Source: an uncultured bacterium
GTDB lineage: Bacteria; Oederibacteriota; JAAXVQ01; JAUVAV01
DNA length: 64,000 nucleotides
Assembly (NCBI GenBank): GCA_963710755.1
Contig: CAVQBK010000013.1
Location: 128,001-192,000 of the forward strand
Direction of reading: 5' to 3'
Under the pieces are notes generated by a model. That model was not told the DNA's origin and did not search any database. It worked only from the letters and a program-made list of their open reading frames with translations. Position 1 is the first letter of the stretch. Each line of letters begins with the position of its first letter. A program made the position numbers and the translations under genes. Below are positions 39,190 through 48,557 of this stretch, one piece after another.

Positions 39190-42100
39190 CTACACACCTT
39201 GCAACGCCGATTGCTGAGGTTTGCGCCGCATAATGGTGTTTACCTTTCGGTAATCCCAAATAACATCCGTTCCTAAATGCTTGTCTAATCCATCCAGAAT
39301 AATACCGCCGACCGTTTTCATCCCCTTTTCCCACATTATGTTTGGCAGACGCAATGGCCTTCCTTGATAGATTGCCAATCGTTGTGAGGTCAGAGGCGCG
39401 CTCAAGACCAAAAGTTCCTGCGCCTTAAACATGAAGTCGCCATCAAGTTCATCAGCATGGTTCTGTATGATCCGCGCCAGGCCCCGCACCAATTCCTCTC
39501 TCCTCTGCGCCAAGCTCAACCCAGGCCGGGCTTGCAGTTGCGCCAAAAGGCCTTGACGGGGGTCAAGCACCAATTTGTCAAACGGTCCGGCCGCGCCGGC
39601 GCTGACAAGTACGGCGGCGGTCTGCCAATAAGTTCTTCCGTCAACACGCAAGATCACCGCGGCCAGCAACCGATCCAGGAAAGCCCCGCCCAACCACGGG
39701 CCGGTCATTTCGTTCATGAGTATCCGCTTATAAATCCGGGACCGGAAATAATGCTGCGGACCTAAGCTTTCTTCACGGGAGCGCTGCTTGCCTCTTTGCT
39801 GAATCAAGCTTTTCCATGATTGAATGGAAGTCATAAGCAAAGGGCTGAATACACCTATTATCCAGCCGGCAACGTTGATAATAGCTTTAAATCCTCTTCG
39901 GCGATAGGGCGTGTTCAAACGCCGGCTCAGCGACGCTCCATTGGCAACAGTTCTGCCGGTCCGCCGTTCTTTCCACCAGCGCACCAGCACCCACCCCACC
40001 ACCAGCGCAGCCGTGGCAACCAACAGCCAGGCGTTGGGCTCCAAGCCCCAGGACAGAGGACCGTCAAGCGGCCCGGCCAGCAGAGAATTGCTATGGCCCA
40101 AGCCCAACAAGCCTGAACCCAGAGAGGCCAGGAGGATGGCAGCAGAATGGCCATTGCCTGGAAATCGGATAACATTCTTCGGATTCGTTTCAGGTCCTTC
40201 CGGCCCGTCTTGGCCACTTCTGTAAGTCAAAAACAATAAATGTTTCGGCAGCCCAAATAGGTTCAATTGTTTGTTTGCTAAATCAATGCCAACATTCGAA
40301 TATTTTTGGTACTCCAGGGTTGACGTCATTCCATTTTGACGGATAAGTTTGCCAATCTTAGCGACCATTTGTTTAAGAAATGCTTCACGTTTGCCTTGGT
40401 TACGGATGGCAAATATTTTAAAGGTGGCTTCAATATAGTCGGAAGGATATTCTTTTTTCGTCTCCAATTCCGCGTTGATCATGGTTTCCAATTCCTCATC
40501 CGTGCTCTCCGTAAGCAGGATGAGGGTGTTCAGGGCTTCTTCTCTGTCTTTGTCAAGGATGTCTTTTTTCTGTTGCTGCATATCCCGGAGTTTTTTAGCA
40601 TAGGTCAACCGTAGCTGCTCGTCTCTGGTCCGTCCCAGCAACTCAAGGATAAGATTAATCAATGCGTTCAATTTTATTTCGGCAAAGCTCTCCGCAGAAC
40701 CAGCGTCAACAAATGTATTTAATTCATCCATCGCATGATGCAACGCAATGGCCGGACGCTTTCTAAAGTTTGTTCTGATCTCTCTTTCCGCCTCATTGGG
40801 GTTATGAGTCCAATGATGCTTCAGTCGGATATTTTTGCCAATAGGAGCTGCCCTGTCCAGTGCTTTTTCACCTTCTTGTTCAATTGCTGGTTTTTTCTCA
40901 CCTTTAACATCTAAACCCAAAGCGGGTTTCATATCATGTTCATATTCATCAAAAGGCTTGTCTTGACTATTTCCCGGTGATTTCTCAGACTGTTCAACGA
41001 TGACCGGTTTTAAAAAAGCCAGATAATCAGGCAATTTTTCAGACACGGCTCGTGCATTTTCCATATCCACTCCACCATCGTGATACCACTCAAGGATCGA
41101 CGCTAGGGTAATTGGTGTTCCCGAAATCATAACTTTTATTTTTATCAATATTTCACCAAGCATGCGTTGCCTAAGGGCATCATCTATTAACGCCAACGCT
41201 TTGTAAGCCGAATCCAACAAGGCCATCGGTTGGGCAAGGGCAATAGAGTCGAGCTTTTCTTGAATTTCAGTCTTCAACTGCTCGTCCTTAAGGCGGCTTA
41301 AAGTAATGATCAGGTTAAGATCGTGTTGGCCGGTGAGAATACCTTCGTGCTTAAGATAACCACTGAGTTCCGTGGCAAAGTGAAGGCGCCTGCCATGATT
41401 CACTGTTTGGCCAAGCAGCTTCAACATATAGGTAATCAGCCCCCTCAGCTCTCCTTCTGCTTGGTCAGCAAGGGTTTCATGTTCAGCTTTTTTAATATCA
41501 GCCAATACATAGGTCAGAACTTTTCCCGGTTCTTGTTTGAATATCTCATCATAGTAAGCTTTATAGAACCCAGGGCCGTTCTCCCAATTCACATGGGATG
41601 CCAATCCATTTGACGACGTCTCAATTCTTTCAATTTTAATATCATCGCCGGCCGCTTCCACATCTTTGTATTTATCCACCTCCAACAACTCTTCTATTGT
41701 CTTACCATTAATCCTAATCGGTGGCAAAGCGATAGCCCATTCTTGCGCCCGCTGCTTAAAAAAGTGATATTGTGCTCGGCTTTGTCTGTCCATGGTCACA
41801 CTAATCTGGCGGGAAGGATGAAGATCAATTAAGTAGATTCTCATTAACGGCCACAATTGTTGAAGACCTTCTTGTTGAGCCCCTGAGGGCAAATGAGGAT
41901 ATTCGCTTATAAAATTATTGATGACCTGGTTTAATTGGAGTCCTGCCTTGAGACGTTCCATGTAAGTTTCATGGTAAAGCCCTCGCAACAGGTTGAGCTC
42001 TTGCTCTAAAGGCAAGTAGTGAAGGGTTGGAAGATTAGCACGATCTATATTAAATCGTTGATAAGTTCCTATGAGACGATCGGTAAAGATTTTTACAAAA

Positions 42101-45100
42101 TCATGGTTGTATGGCTTTTCCAAATAAAAAAGCATATGCCAGCCCAATTTCATTAGCCGGTCCAATTCAACATCTGTCGAAGGAGCGGGCACCAAGTTCA
42201 GTGCCATTTCATAATACTCCGCCAAGGGGACCTGGACTTGCGATTGCGCCACTTGGCCTTCGTCTATTTCCTGACCTATGCCCGCGATGGTTTCAAAAAC
42301 CGGCTCAAAGGTATAATGTTCTTGATCGTGATTTTGCGCATTGCCTTGAGCCAGGTTATTTCCCAGCCGCTTTTTACGAACGTAATCAATGCCCATGCGA
42401 ATTAGCCAAGCACCAAGGATGGCCACGCCCCCAAGCCAGGTCAGCCCTGCAGTGGAAACTAAGATCCAATCCACACCGGCAGCCATGGAAACCGGACTAT
42501 AGAAAAGCCCGCTTAGGCCAAGTAGCGCGGTCAGGCCCACCGGCAAGGCCCATTGCATCAGACGGTCGCCGTAAGGATGCTTTTCTTGATAGCCCTCTAA
42601 TAACTCTTTTAGGGTTTCGGTTTTCCAAAAATAATGTTCAGGCAAATTAAAGACTCTATCCAGCTGGTCTAAATAAAAAAAGCGGGCATGGTCATTTTTG
42701 ATCTGCAGACCTAGCAAAAACAATTTGCCCAGTTCAAAGGGTTTAATTTTTACTCTTTTTCTTTTTTTAAGACGGTCTTCGGTCAATTGTTTTAATTTTC
42801 GTTTAATAATTTCATTTATAATTTCTTTCATCTCCGACCGCAGTTCTGCCGGCACCTTAAGTTCCACTTCTCTTCCCGCCGATTCCGATCCTTTGAGTTC
42901 AACCGGGCCGACCATGTTGTTCATGGTTTTACTGAGATGATTCATAAGCTGCTGTTGATCAGCGTTCATTAAACGTTTCAAGGTATCATAGTGCCCTTTA
43001 TTTTCTTTCCGGTATTGCGGCGAACAATCTTTCCAAGTAAGTTCAATATTTTCTTTGACAAAATCCAGGCCTTGAATGGTGCCGACATTTTGCCGGGGCG
43101 GTAAATCTTGATCGAGTGCGGGGGGCAGGATCGCCAGAAAATTCATCCAGGCCAACCAGGCTTCCATTCTATTTTCGGTCTTGACCACAGAAGTGATTTT
43201 GACGGCAATGTCATTCAAACTCTCAATGATGATGCCATAAAGCTCAAAAAATCGTCTTTGGATACCCCGGTATTTTAACAAATCTTCGTAAAGCGCGCTC
43301 AGGGTATGAGTGATCGCAGACGCATCGATCAGGTAAATGCTGCTGTTCTCCATCTCCGATGCGGCAATGGACTCCAAGGGGGTGTTATGCAATTGCAGCG
43401 GCCGCGGGGGCTGGCGCAAATGAAAGGTTATGCGGCTATAGGTCTGGTACTGTCTTATAACTCTTTCCAGCCAGGCTTGACGCATATGTTTGTTGTCCAA
43501 ATGCTCAATATGCCACAGGACGTGCTGCCAATTTATCAACAGGTCTTTTTCAATTTCGGGTTTTTCATGATCAACCGTTTTTTCAAACTCAGACAGTAGG
43601 AGGTCATTATGGTGTAACTGAAAGGCAATATAATCATAACGCCTTTCGTCAAGCTTTCCGATTTTTTTAAAGAACGGTGTTAACAAGTCCACCTCAGCGG
43701 TTGTCGTTTGATCCCGGTTTGCATTATTGTAAGTGACATTGATAGACGCCATTAAGCGCTTAGCCAAAGGCTGATCCGCCGGATTGTTTGCATAATTGAC
43801 CAACATCCATCCCAAGGCAAGCAACCGCTTCAGCCTCCCTTCCAGGTCAGGATATTTAAGGGTAAGGTGAAAAGCATCTTGTAAAAGGGTGTTCAAGTCT
43901 TGCATAGCTTGGATATTGGATGCATCCGAACTTGTATAAATCGGATTGACTACAGCATCCATCTCAAGCATTAAATGATTAAAATAAGCACTTATATTTT
44001 TTCCTGCCCAAGAACGCCATGCATCGGTAAGTTGCTTCGAGGCTTCGATGTCCTGCCAAATCGATTCGGGCATAGTGGCCAGCAACTTCAATAGATCATC
44101 GTCACTAACCTGATTTGGGAACATCTTGGACAACAATGAAATCTTTTGGAAATCTTCTTTGACTACTGCCCAATAGGTTTTCCAAAAAATGGCTTCCAGC
44201 GATTCTCCGTCGATGAGCATAGCCTGGCATTCCTGGAGGGGCATATTAACTACCAGCTTCATCAAATCCTTCAGTTTGGCTGAACTTGTTCTCTTCCTCT
44301 TAAATTGCTTGAGAAGAGCATCCATCTGGCTACGATTAAGGCTTTTAAGATTAAGTTTAAGAAAAAAGGACATTAAATTGAAAAGCAGCGCTTCTCGAGG
44401 TCCCCTATCAGTAATATTTTTCCCCAGGCCTTGATCACCAATGATCCACCGTTTTGCCGGAGGTGACGACCAATTATGACCAATATGGAGTGCTGTATGA
44501 ACACCAAAGTAAACCACGCCAAAGGTGCTGGTTAGGTGATATAACATCAATTCCGGCGCCTGCCAGATCACTTCTGCCAAAGAAGCATGCGGTGCTACAC
44601 TCACACCCATAAGTGACAGCACCAGCAAGCCCCAGGTGATCCACCACGTTCTGGTGCCGGCTTGGTTTATGGCTTTCACCACATCCTCACCTTTGGCGCG
44701 ATGAAGGTCGCCAAAGAAATTCTTGGCGAAAAGATTATTTAATAGCCTGGAAAACAATATCAGCAGCGGCACGGCCAGCCAAGGATCGTTGATCTGAAAT
44801 GTACTGTGGAAAAAATGCTCCACAAGGACACTGGTCTTGGGCAGGAACGCGATAGACAGGCCTGTAACCATCAGCGTAATTACACTCGACTCAGCAATGG
44901 GAAGAAGTACCATGGTTACCAATTTTTGGCCCCAATTTTCATAAGGTGTAACACCTGGAGCCGGGCTTCTTAATAATTCCGTCAACTCGCGATTGGTGGG
45001 CCGGTTTCCCCACCAATCCATCACCGCCAAAGCTATTATAATCGCGGCGGTGATTACCAAGGACGGCCAGAAATCAACAACCGCATGCCAACTCCAGGAA

Positions 45101-47121
45101 CCATGATAAAAAGTGATGGGAAGGAAAACAGATGCCATCTTGGTGACGGAAGCGGACAACGGCTTTTCCCGCCACCATTTGTCAACGGCGCTCCCTATCA
45201 CAACCCAAGGCCGTCTTGCCTTTTGTCTGATCTGTTTAAGCTGCTGTTCCACCGCTCCTTCTTGAGCGCTACTGATGACTGATGCGGCCAGGCCATGAGC
45301 TTCAAATACATACGGCAATTGAGTAAGGGGTCTGAGCTGCCACGCCGGTCCGGCCACCAGGCATAAGTTGGCATTGCCCATAGGCAACACCATGCTTTGG
45401 CCTGATTTGACGGCAGTAAACAAGCGCTGCAGTTGTTGAGGCGCAACAGCAAAGTCCTGTGCCTGAGCACCCACAAGTAGGCGCTCATCCATCGTGTAAT
45501 GGTGTTGCAGGCTTTTCAGATCTTCGCTGAGTTGATTTTCTGATTGAGCCTGATGTAACCGCTCCAGCATGGCCTGTTGCCACAGCAGTAATTGCTGCAT
45601 CGCTTCAAGGGACTTAATATTGCCTCTAAGCCCTTCCGGCAATTGCGCCATCATGGTTTGCAAGGTTTCTTCGGATAAAGGCTGAGTGGAAGTTATCCGG
45701 CTGGTTCTGGGCAGTTGAAAATTTCTGATTGGCGGGGCGATTAATTTTTGGTTTTTCAGCAACAGCGTTTCGAGGGGCGTTTTTTTATCCCGGATCAATT
45801 GAAAATAGGGATTAATCAAATCCTGATGGGTTAGCCTGGGCACAACGGAAATATAGGAAAAGCCGGCCTCTTTCAAGGCTGTTTGAACATCTTGGGCATG
45901 ATAGCCGCCGGTAATGAGTACTGCTGCCTGCTGATGGTGTTGTTCCATCATGGCGCTCAGATTGGTCACAAAGTTGCCGCTACGCTGATCCGCCTCTTTA
46001 TAGAAGCGGGCTACATCATCCAAATAGCTCTGCAAAGACGCGGCCTCCGGCATCATGAAGTCCGTCTCTTGCGGCGCCCATTGAGCCAGGGATTTCAAAA
46101 GCACAGCCACGCGGTAGTGATCTTGATGATTTATAAAGTCATGGACTTCACGGCGATTAGCCGCAATGGACAGTAATTTTTCCATCACATCCAGGTGTAA
46201 GCCAACCTCATTGATGGCTGCTTCTTGCGGGGTTGAAATAAGCGCTTTGGTCAGGGCTTGATCCAAGCGGCCGATCTCTTCCTGAAGCCGATCAGGATTA
46301 ATGCCGGTCACATAAGATGATTTTTGTTGTTGTAGATAACGGAAAATCTGGGAAAAAGGCGCAAGATCCAGATCCTGTTTTTTAGCCATCTGCCACAGTT
46401 GACCCGCATAGTCCGCCTGGGAACTTCGACCGTCTTTGTATGATTGGGTCATCTGTTCTAAACCAAGCAAGGGTTGATGGTAAAAACGCTTTTTGATGCT
46501 GCGCAGCATTTCTTTTAAATCAGCACAGTACCCCAGGCTTTCACTATTAAGAAAAGATCGCGCAGTCTGTAGATTTTTAAGGTAAAGCTCTTCGTTTTCA
46601 ATGCCTTCCAAAAACAATGGTTGCGAAGACAAGGCGCTGAAATATTCAGCACCCGAAATCAACCCTTGTTTCATCAAATAGTGACCCACCGCTTTTTTAG
46701 CCCGCGCCAGGGGAAAGGTGCCCAGCTTGCTGGTGTTGATTAAGCGGCCTGAGCCTTCTATACCAATGAGATTGATGCCCAGCCTTTGCGCAAGATCCTT
46801 CAAAATATTGGCAATATTTGATTGCACCTCATAATGACAATGCAGGTCCTGGATATGAATGACCACACCCCGGCTGTTGGGCGCCTCATAGGCTTGTTCC
46901 ACCGCGCCAAACTGGCGCGGCACGGTCACCACTTTCTGGTTCATGATTAAATAAGGCTGGCCCGATTGGAGATAGGTTCCCGGATCTACAGCCCAGGACA
47001 CTAAGGGCATAAGCATGAGCAGGCTCAACAGCATGGACAGGCTGGTTTTAAAAAGGTGATGACCAGGCAAAATCCGTTGTAATAAATAGTGTTGTTGCAT
47101 ATCGCGCTTTTTATTTTCCAT
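39190..47121 (-). CDS. Giant exported/membrane protein 3 of the QDLH-domain family (2643 aa)
   Basis: Signal ending PLVSWA; QDLH, GIEG, GAEY, GGYH, NPYF; several TM blocks; two pairs of internal repeats. Confidence 0.9.
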   Translation of the reverse strand: MENKKRDMQQHYLLQRILPGHHLFKTSLSMLLSLLMLMPLVSWAVDPGTYLQSGQPYLIMNQKVVTVPRQFGAVEQAYEAPNSRGVVIHIQDLHCHYEVQSNIANILKDLAQRLGINLIGIEGSGRLINTSKLGTFPLARAKKAVGHYLMKQGLISGAEYFSALSSQPLFLEGIENEELYLKNLQTARSFLNSESLGYCADLKEMLRSIKKRFYHQPLLGLEQMTQSYKDGRSSQADYAGQLWQMAKKQDLDLAPFSQIFRYLQQQKSSYVTGINPDRLQEEIGRLDQALTKALISTPQEAAINEVGLHLDVMEKLLSIAANRREVHDFINHQDHYRVAVLLKSLAQWAPQETDFMMPEAASLQSYLDDVARFYKEADQRSGNFVTNLSAMMEQHHQQAAVLITGGYHAQDVQTALKEAGFSYISVVPRLTHQDLINPYFQLIRDKKTPLETLLLKNQKLIAPPIRNFQLPRTSRITSTQPLSEETLQTMMAQLPEGLRGNIKSLEAMQQLLLWQQAMLERLHQAQSENQLSEDLKSLQHHYTMDERLLVGAQAQDFAVAPQQLQRLFTAVKSGQSMVLPMGNANLCLVAGPAWQLRPLTQLPYVFEAHGLAASVISSAQEGAVEQQLKQIRQKARRPWVVIGSAVDKWWREKPLSASVTKMASVFLPITFYHGSWSWHAVVDFWPSLVITAAIIIALAVMDWWGNRPTNRELTELLRSPAPGVTPYENWGQKLVTMVLLPIAESSVITLMVTGLSIAFLPKTSVLVEHFFHSTFQINDPWLAVPLLILFSRLLNNLFAKNFFGDLHRAKGEDVVKAINQAGTRTWWITWGLLVLSLMGVSVAPHASLAEVIWQAPELMLYHLTSTFGVVYFGVHTALHIGHNWSSPPAKRWIIGDQGLGKNITDRGPREALLFNLMSFFLKLNLKSLNRSQMDALLKQFKRKRTSSAKLKDLMKLVVNMPLQECQAMLIDGESLEAIFWKTYWAVVKEDFQKISLLSKMFPNQVSDDDLLKLLATMPESIWQDIEASKQLTDAWRSWAGKNISAYFNHLMLEMDAVVNPIYTSSDASNIQAMQDLNTLLQDAFHLTLKYPDLEGRLKRLLALGWMLVNYANNPADQPLAKRLMASINVTYNNANRDQTTTAEVDLLTPFFKKIGKLDERRYDYIAFQLHHNDLLLSEFEKTVDHEKPEIEKDLLINWQHVLWHIEHLDNKHMRQAWLERVIRQYQTYSRITFHLRQPPRPLQLHNTPLESIAASEMENSSIYLIDASAITHTLSALYEDLLKYRGIQRRFFELYGIIIESLNDIAVKITSVVKTENRMEAWLAWMNFLAILPPALDQDLPPRQNVGTIQGLDFVKENIELTWKDCSPQYRKENKGHYDTLKRLMNADQQQLMNHLSKTMNNMVGPVELKGSESAGREVELKVPAELRSEMKEIINEIIKRKLKQLTEDRLKKRKRVKIKPFELGKLFLLGLQIKNDHARFFYLDQLDRVFNLPEHYFWKTETLKELLEGYQEKHPYGDRLMQWALPVGLTALLGLSGLFYSPVSMAAGVDWILVSTAGLTWLGGVAILGAWLIRMGIDYVRKKRLGNNLAQGNAQNHDQEHYTFEPVFETIAGIGQEIDEGQVAQSQVQVPLAEYYEMALNLVPAPSTDVELDRLMKLGWHMLFYLEKPYNHDFVKIFTDRLIGTYQRFNIDRANLPTLHYLPLEQELNLLRGLYHETYMERLKAGLQLNQVINNFISEYPHLPSGAQQEGLQQLWPLMRIYLIDLHPSRQISVTMDRQSRAQYHFFKQRAQEWAIALPPIRINGKTIEELLEVDKYKDVEAAGDDIKIERIETSSNGLASHVNWENGPGFYKAYYDEIFKQEPGKVLTYVLADIKKAEHETLADQAEGELRGLITYMLKLLGQTVNHGRRLHFATELSGYLKHEGILTGQHDLNLIITLSRLKDEQLKTEIQEKLDSIALAQPMALLDSAYKALALIDDALRQRMLGEILIKIKVMISGTPITLASILEWYHDGGVDMENARAVSEKLPDYLAFLKPVIVEQSEKSPGNSQDKPFDEYEHDMKPALGLDVKGEKKPAIEQEGEKALDRAAPIGKNIRLKHHWTHNPNEAEREIRTNFRKRPAIALHHAMDELNTFVDAGSAESFAEIKLNALINLILELLGRTRDEQLRLTYAKKLRDMQQQKKDILDKDREEALNTLILLTESTDEELETMINAELETKKEYPSDYIEATFKIFAIRNQGKREAFLKQMVAKIGKLIRQNGMTSTLEYQKYSNVGIDLANKQLNLFGLPKHLLFLTYRSGQDGPEGPETNPKNVIRFPGNGHSAAILLASLGSGLLGLGHSNSLLAGPLDGPLSWGLEPNAWLLVATAALVVGWVLVRWWKERRTGRTVANGASLSRRLNTPYRRRGFKAIINVAGWIIGVFSPLLMTSIQSWKSLIQQRGKQRSREESLGPQHYFRSRIYKRILMNEMTGPWLGGAFLDRLLAAVILRVDGRTYWQTAAVLVSAGAAGPFDKLVLDPRQGLLAQLQARPGLSLAQRREELVRGLARIIQNHADELDGDFMFKAQELLVLSAPLTSQRLAIYQGRPLRLPNIMWEKGMKTVGGIILDGLDKHLGTDVIWDYRKVNTIMRRKPQQSALQGV

Positions 47122-47461
47122 AATGGTCTTGGAAGCTTCCTTTTTTTACAAGAAAGGTTGGGTTTAAAGGGCGGTTGGAATGGTTCTTATAGTTATACCA
47201 TTTATATAGGGTTAATCAAAAAGTCAGACCATCCTAATTGTTTTTTTAAAATTATAGCGCTGCGATTCGTGTCGTTTTGCAACATCGTTGTTTTAAATAA
47301 TATTTTTATTGATTATTCTGATGATTTGGATTTCATCAAGGAAGGATCCAGCGCTATAATTAACTCACTTGCAAAAGGCACAAGCACCAGATTGAGCACT
47401 CTCTTTTCACAATAGGTCATGGTCCCGGCAGGCCTAATCAGAAAGACAGGGGGTGAAGTAA

Positions 47462-47719
47462 ATGAAGTACAAAAAAGCCATTGCAGTGATCAATTCCATT
47501 AAAACCGGCGAAGACCAAGCCAGCATTTCCCATCGTCTCGGATTTCCTGACCAGCAAAAAGGCAATTATTGGCTTTACAATTTTACCAAATGTGAAGATT
47601 TCCCCAGGCTGCCTCCGGTTAACGGCGAGGCCCTCTTGGGCGTGATGTTAACCTTTAACCGCAAGGCTGTGGCCAAAATACAGCCCCGCTGGTTTAAAAA
47701 GCCTGATTTGGCGGCCTAG
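47462..47719 (+). CDS. Small hypothetical protein (possible SmpA/OmlA-like fold)
   Basis: GGGGG/GAAG RBS; IKTG...LGFPD....YWLY pattern; no signal peptide. Confidence 0.45.
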   Translation: MKYKKAIAVINSIKTGEDQASISHRLGFPDQQKGNYWLYNFTKCEDFPRLPPVNGEALLGVMLTFNRKAVAKIQPRWFKKPDLAA

Positions 47720-48548
47720 TCTCATCCAACACCCCGGCATCCTCCATAGCCTTGAGGAACTCATGATCTTTAAAACTCAAGGGATAATCCACACGCCGGC
47801 GATCAACATAAAAACCACTCTCCAAATCAGATGCTGAAGCCAGGTACAGTCCGGTAGGACAAGCGTCACTTAGCAGCAGATTCATTTGCTTGGCACTCCA
47901 GCGCATCCAACTTGGAAATTGATTGAGCATATTGGTCTTGACCAAACCGGGATGAAAAACATTGACCATCACGCCGCTTCCCTGCAAGCGCTCCGCCATA
48001 GCCAGGCCATACAGAAATTTAGCCTTGATGGTTTTAACATATCGCTGTCCCCAAAACCTTGGTCCACCCTGTTCCGCCTCTTCCCACCGTACTGATGTCA
48101 GCTTGAATACCAAAGGTTGTCCGCACACCAAATTTATTCGTGCCGGACTGCTGGCACGCAGGAGAGGTAAAAGCCCGCGCACCAAGTGGTTGGTTCCCCA
48201 AAAATTCACTGCCCACATCATCTCCTGTCCAACTATATTGGTGGTCCGGTTCGGTATAAAAGCAGCCGCATTATGAGCCAACACATGGCATTGACCAAAC
48301 CGGCTGCTGAAGGTTTCCAAAAAAATATCAATCGAAGAAGGCAGGCTCAAGTCGCAGGCTAAAAAATGAATATTCGCATTACCCGTAGCTTCGGTCATGG
48401 CCGCAGCCAGCGCTTGACCACGCACCTGGTCGCGGGCGGACATAATGATAGTGGCCCCCAGTTGGCTTAACCCTTTAGCAATGGCCCAACCTACACCGGA
48501 AGTGGCGCCGGTTACCAGGCAGATCCGCCCCTTCATGGGTTTGTCCAT
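47694..48548 (-). CDS. Short-chain dehydrogenase/reductase (retinol dehydrogenase-like, atypical)
   Basis: TGATSGVG, CDLS, HNAA, YVKTI in place of YxxxK, HPGLVKT. Confidence 0.85.
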   Translation of the reverse strand: MDKPMKGRICLVTGATSGVGWAIAKGLSQLGATIIMSARDQVRGQALAAAMTEATGNANIHFLACDLSLPSSIDIFLETFSSRFGQCHVLAHNAAAFIPNRTTNIVGQEMMWAVNFWGTNHLVRGLLPLLRASSPARINLVCGQPLVFKLTSVRWEEAEQGGPRFWGQRYVKTIKAKFLYGLAMAERLQGSGVMVNVFHPGLVKTNMLNQFPSWMRWSAKQMNLLLSDACPTGLYLASASDLESGFYVDRRRVDYPLSFKDHEFLKAMEDAGVLDETRPPNQAF

Positions 48549-48557
48549 GATCTCTCC

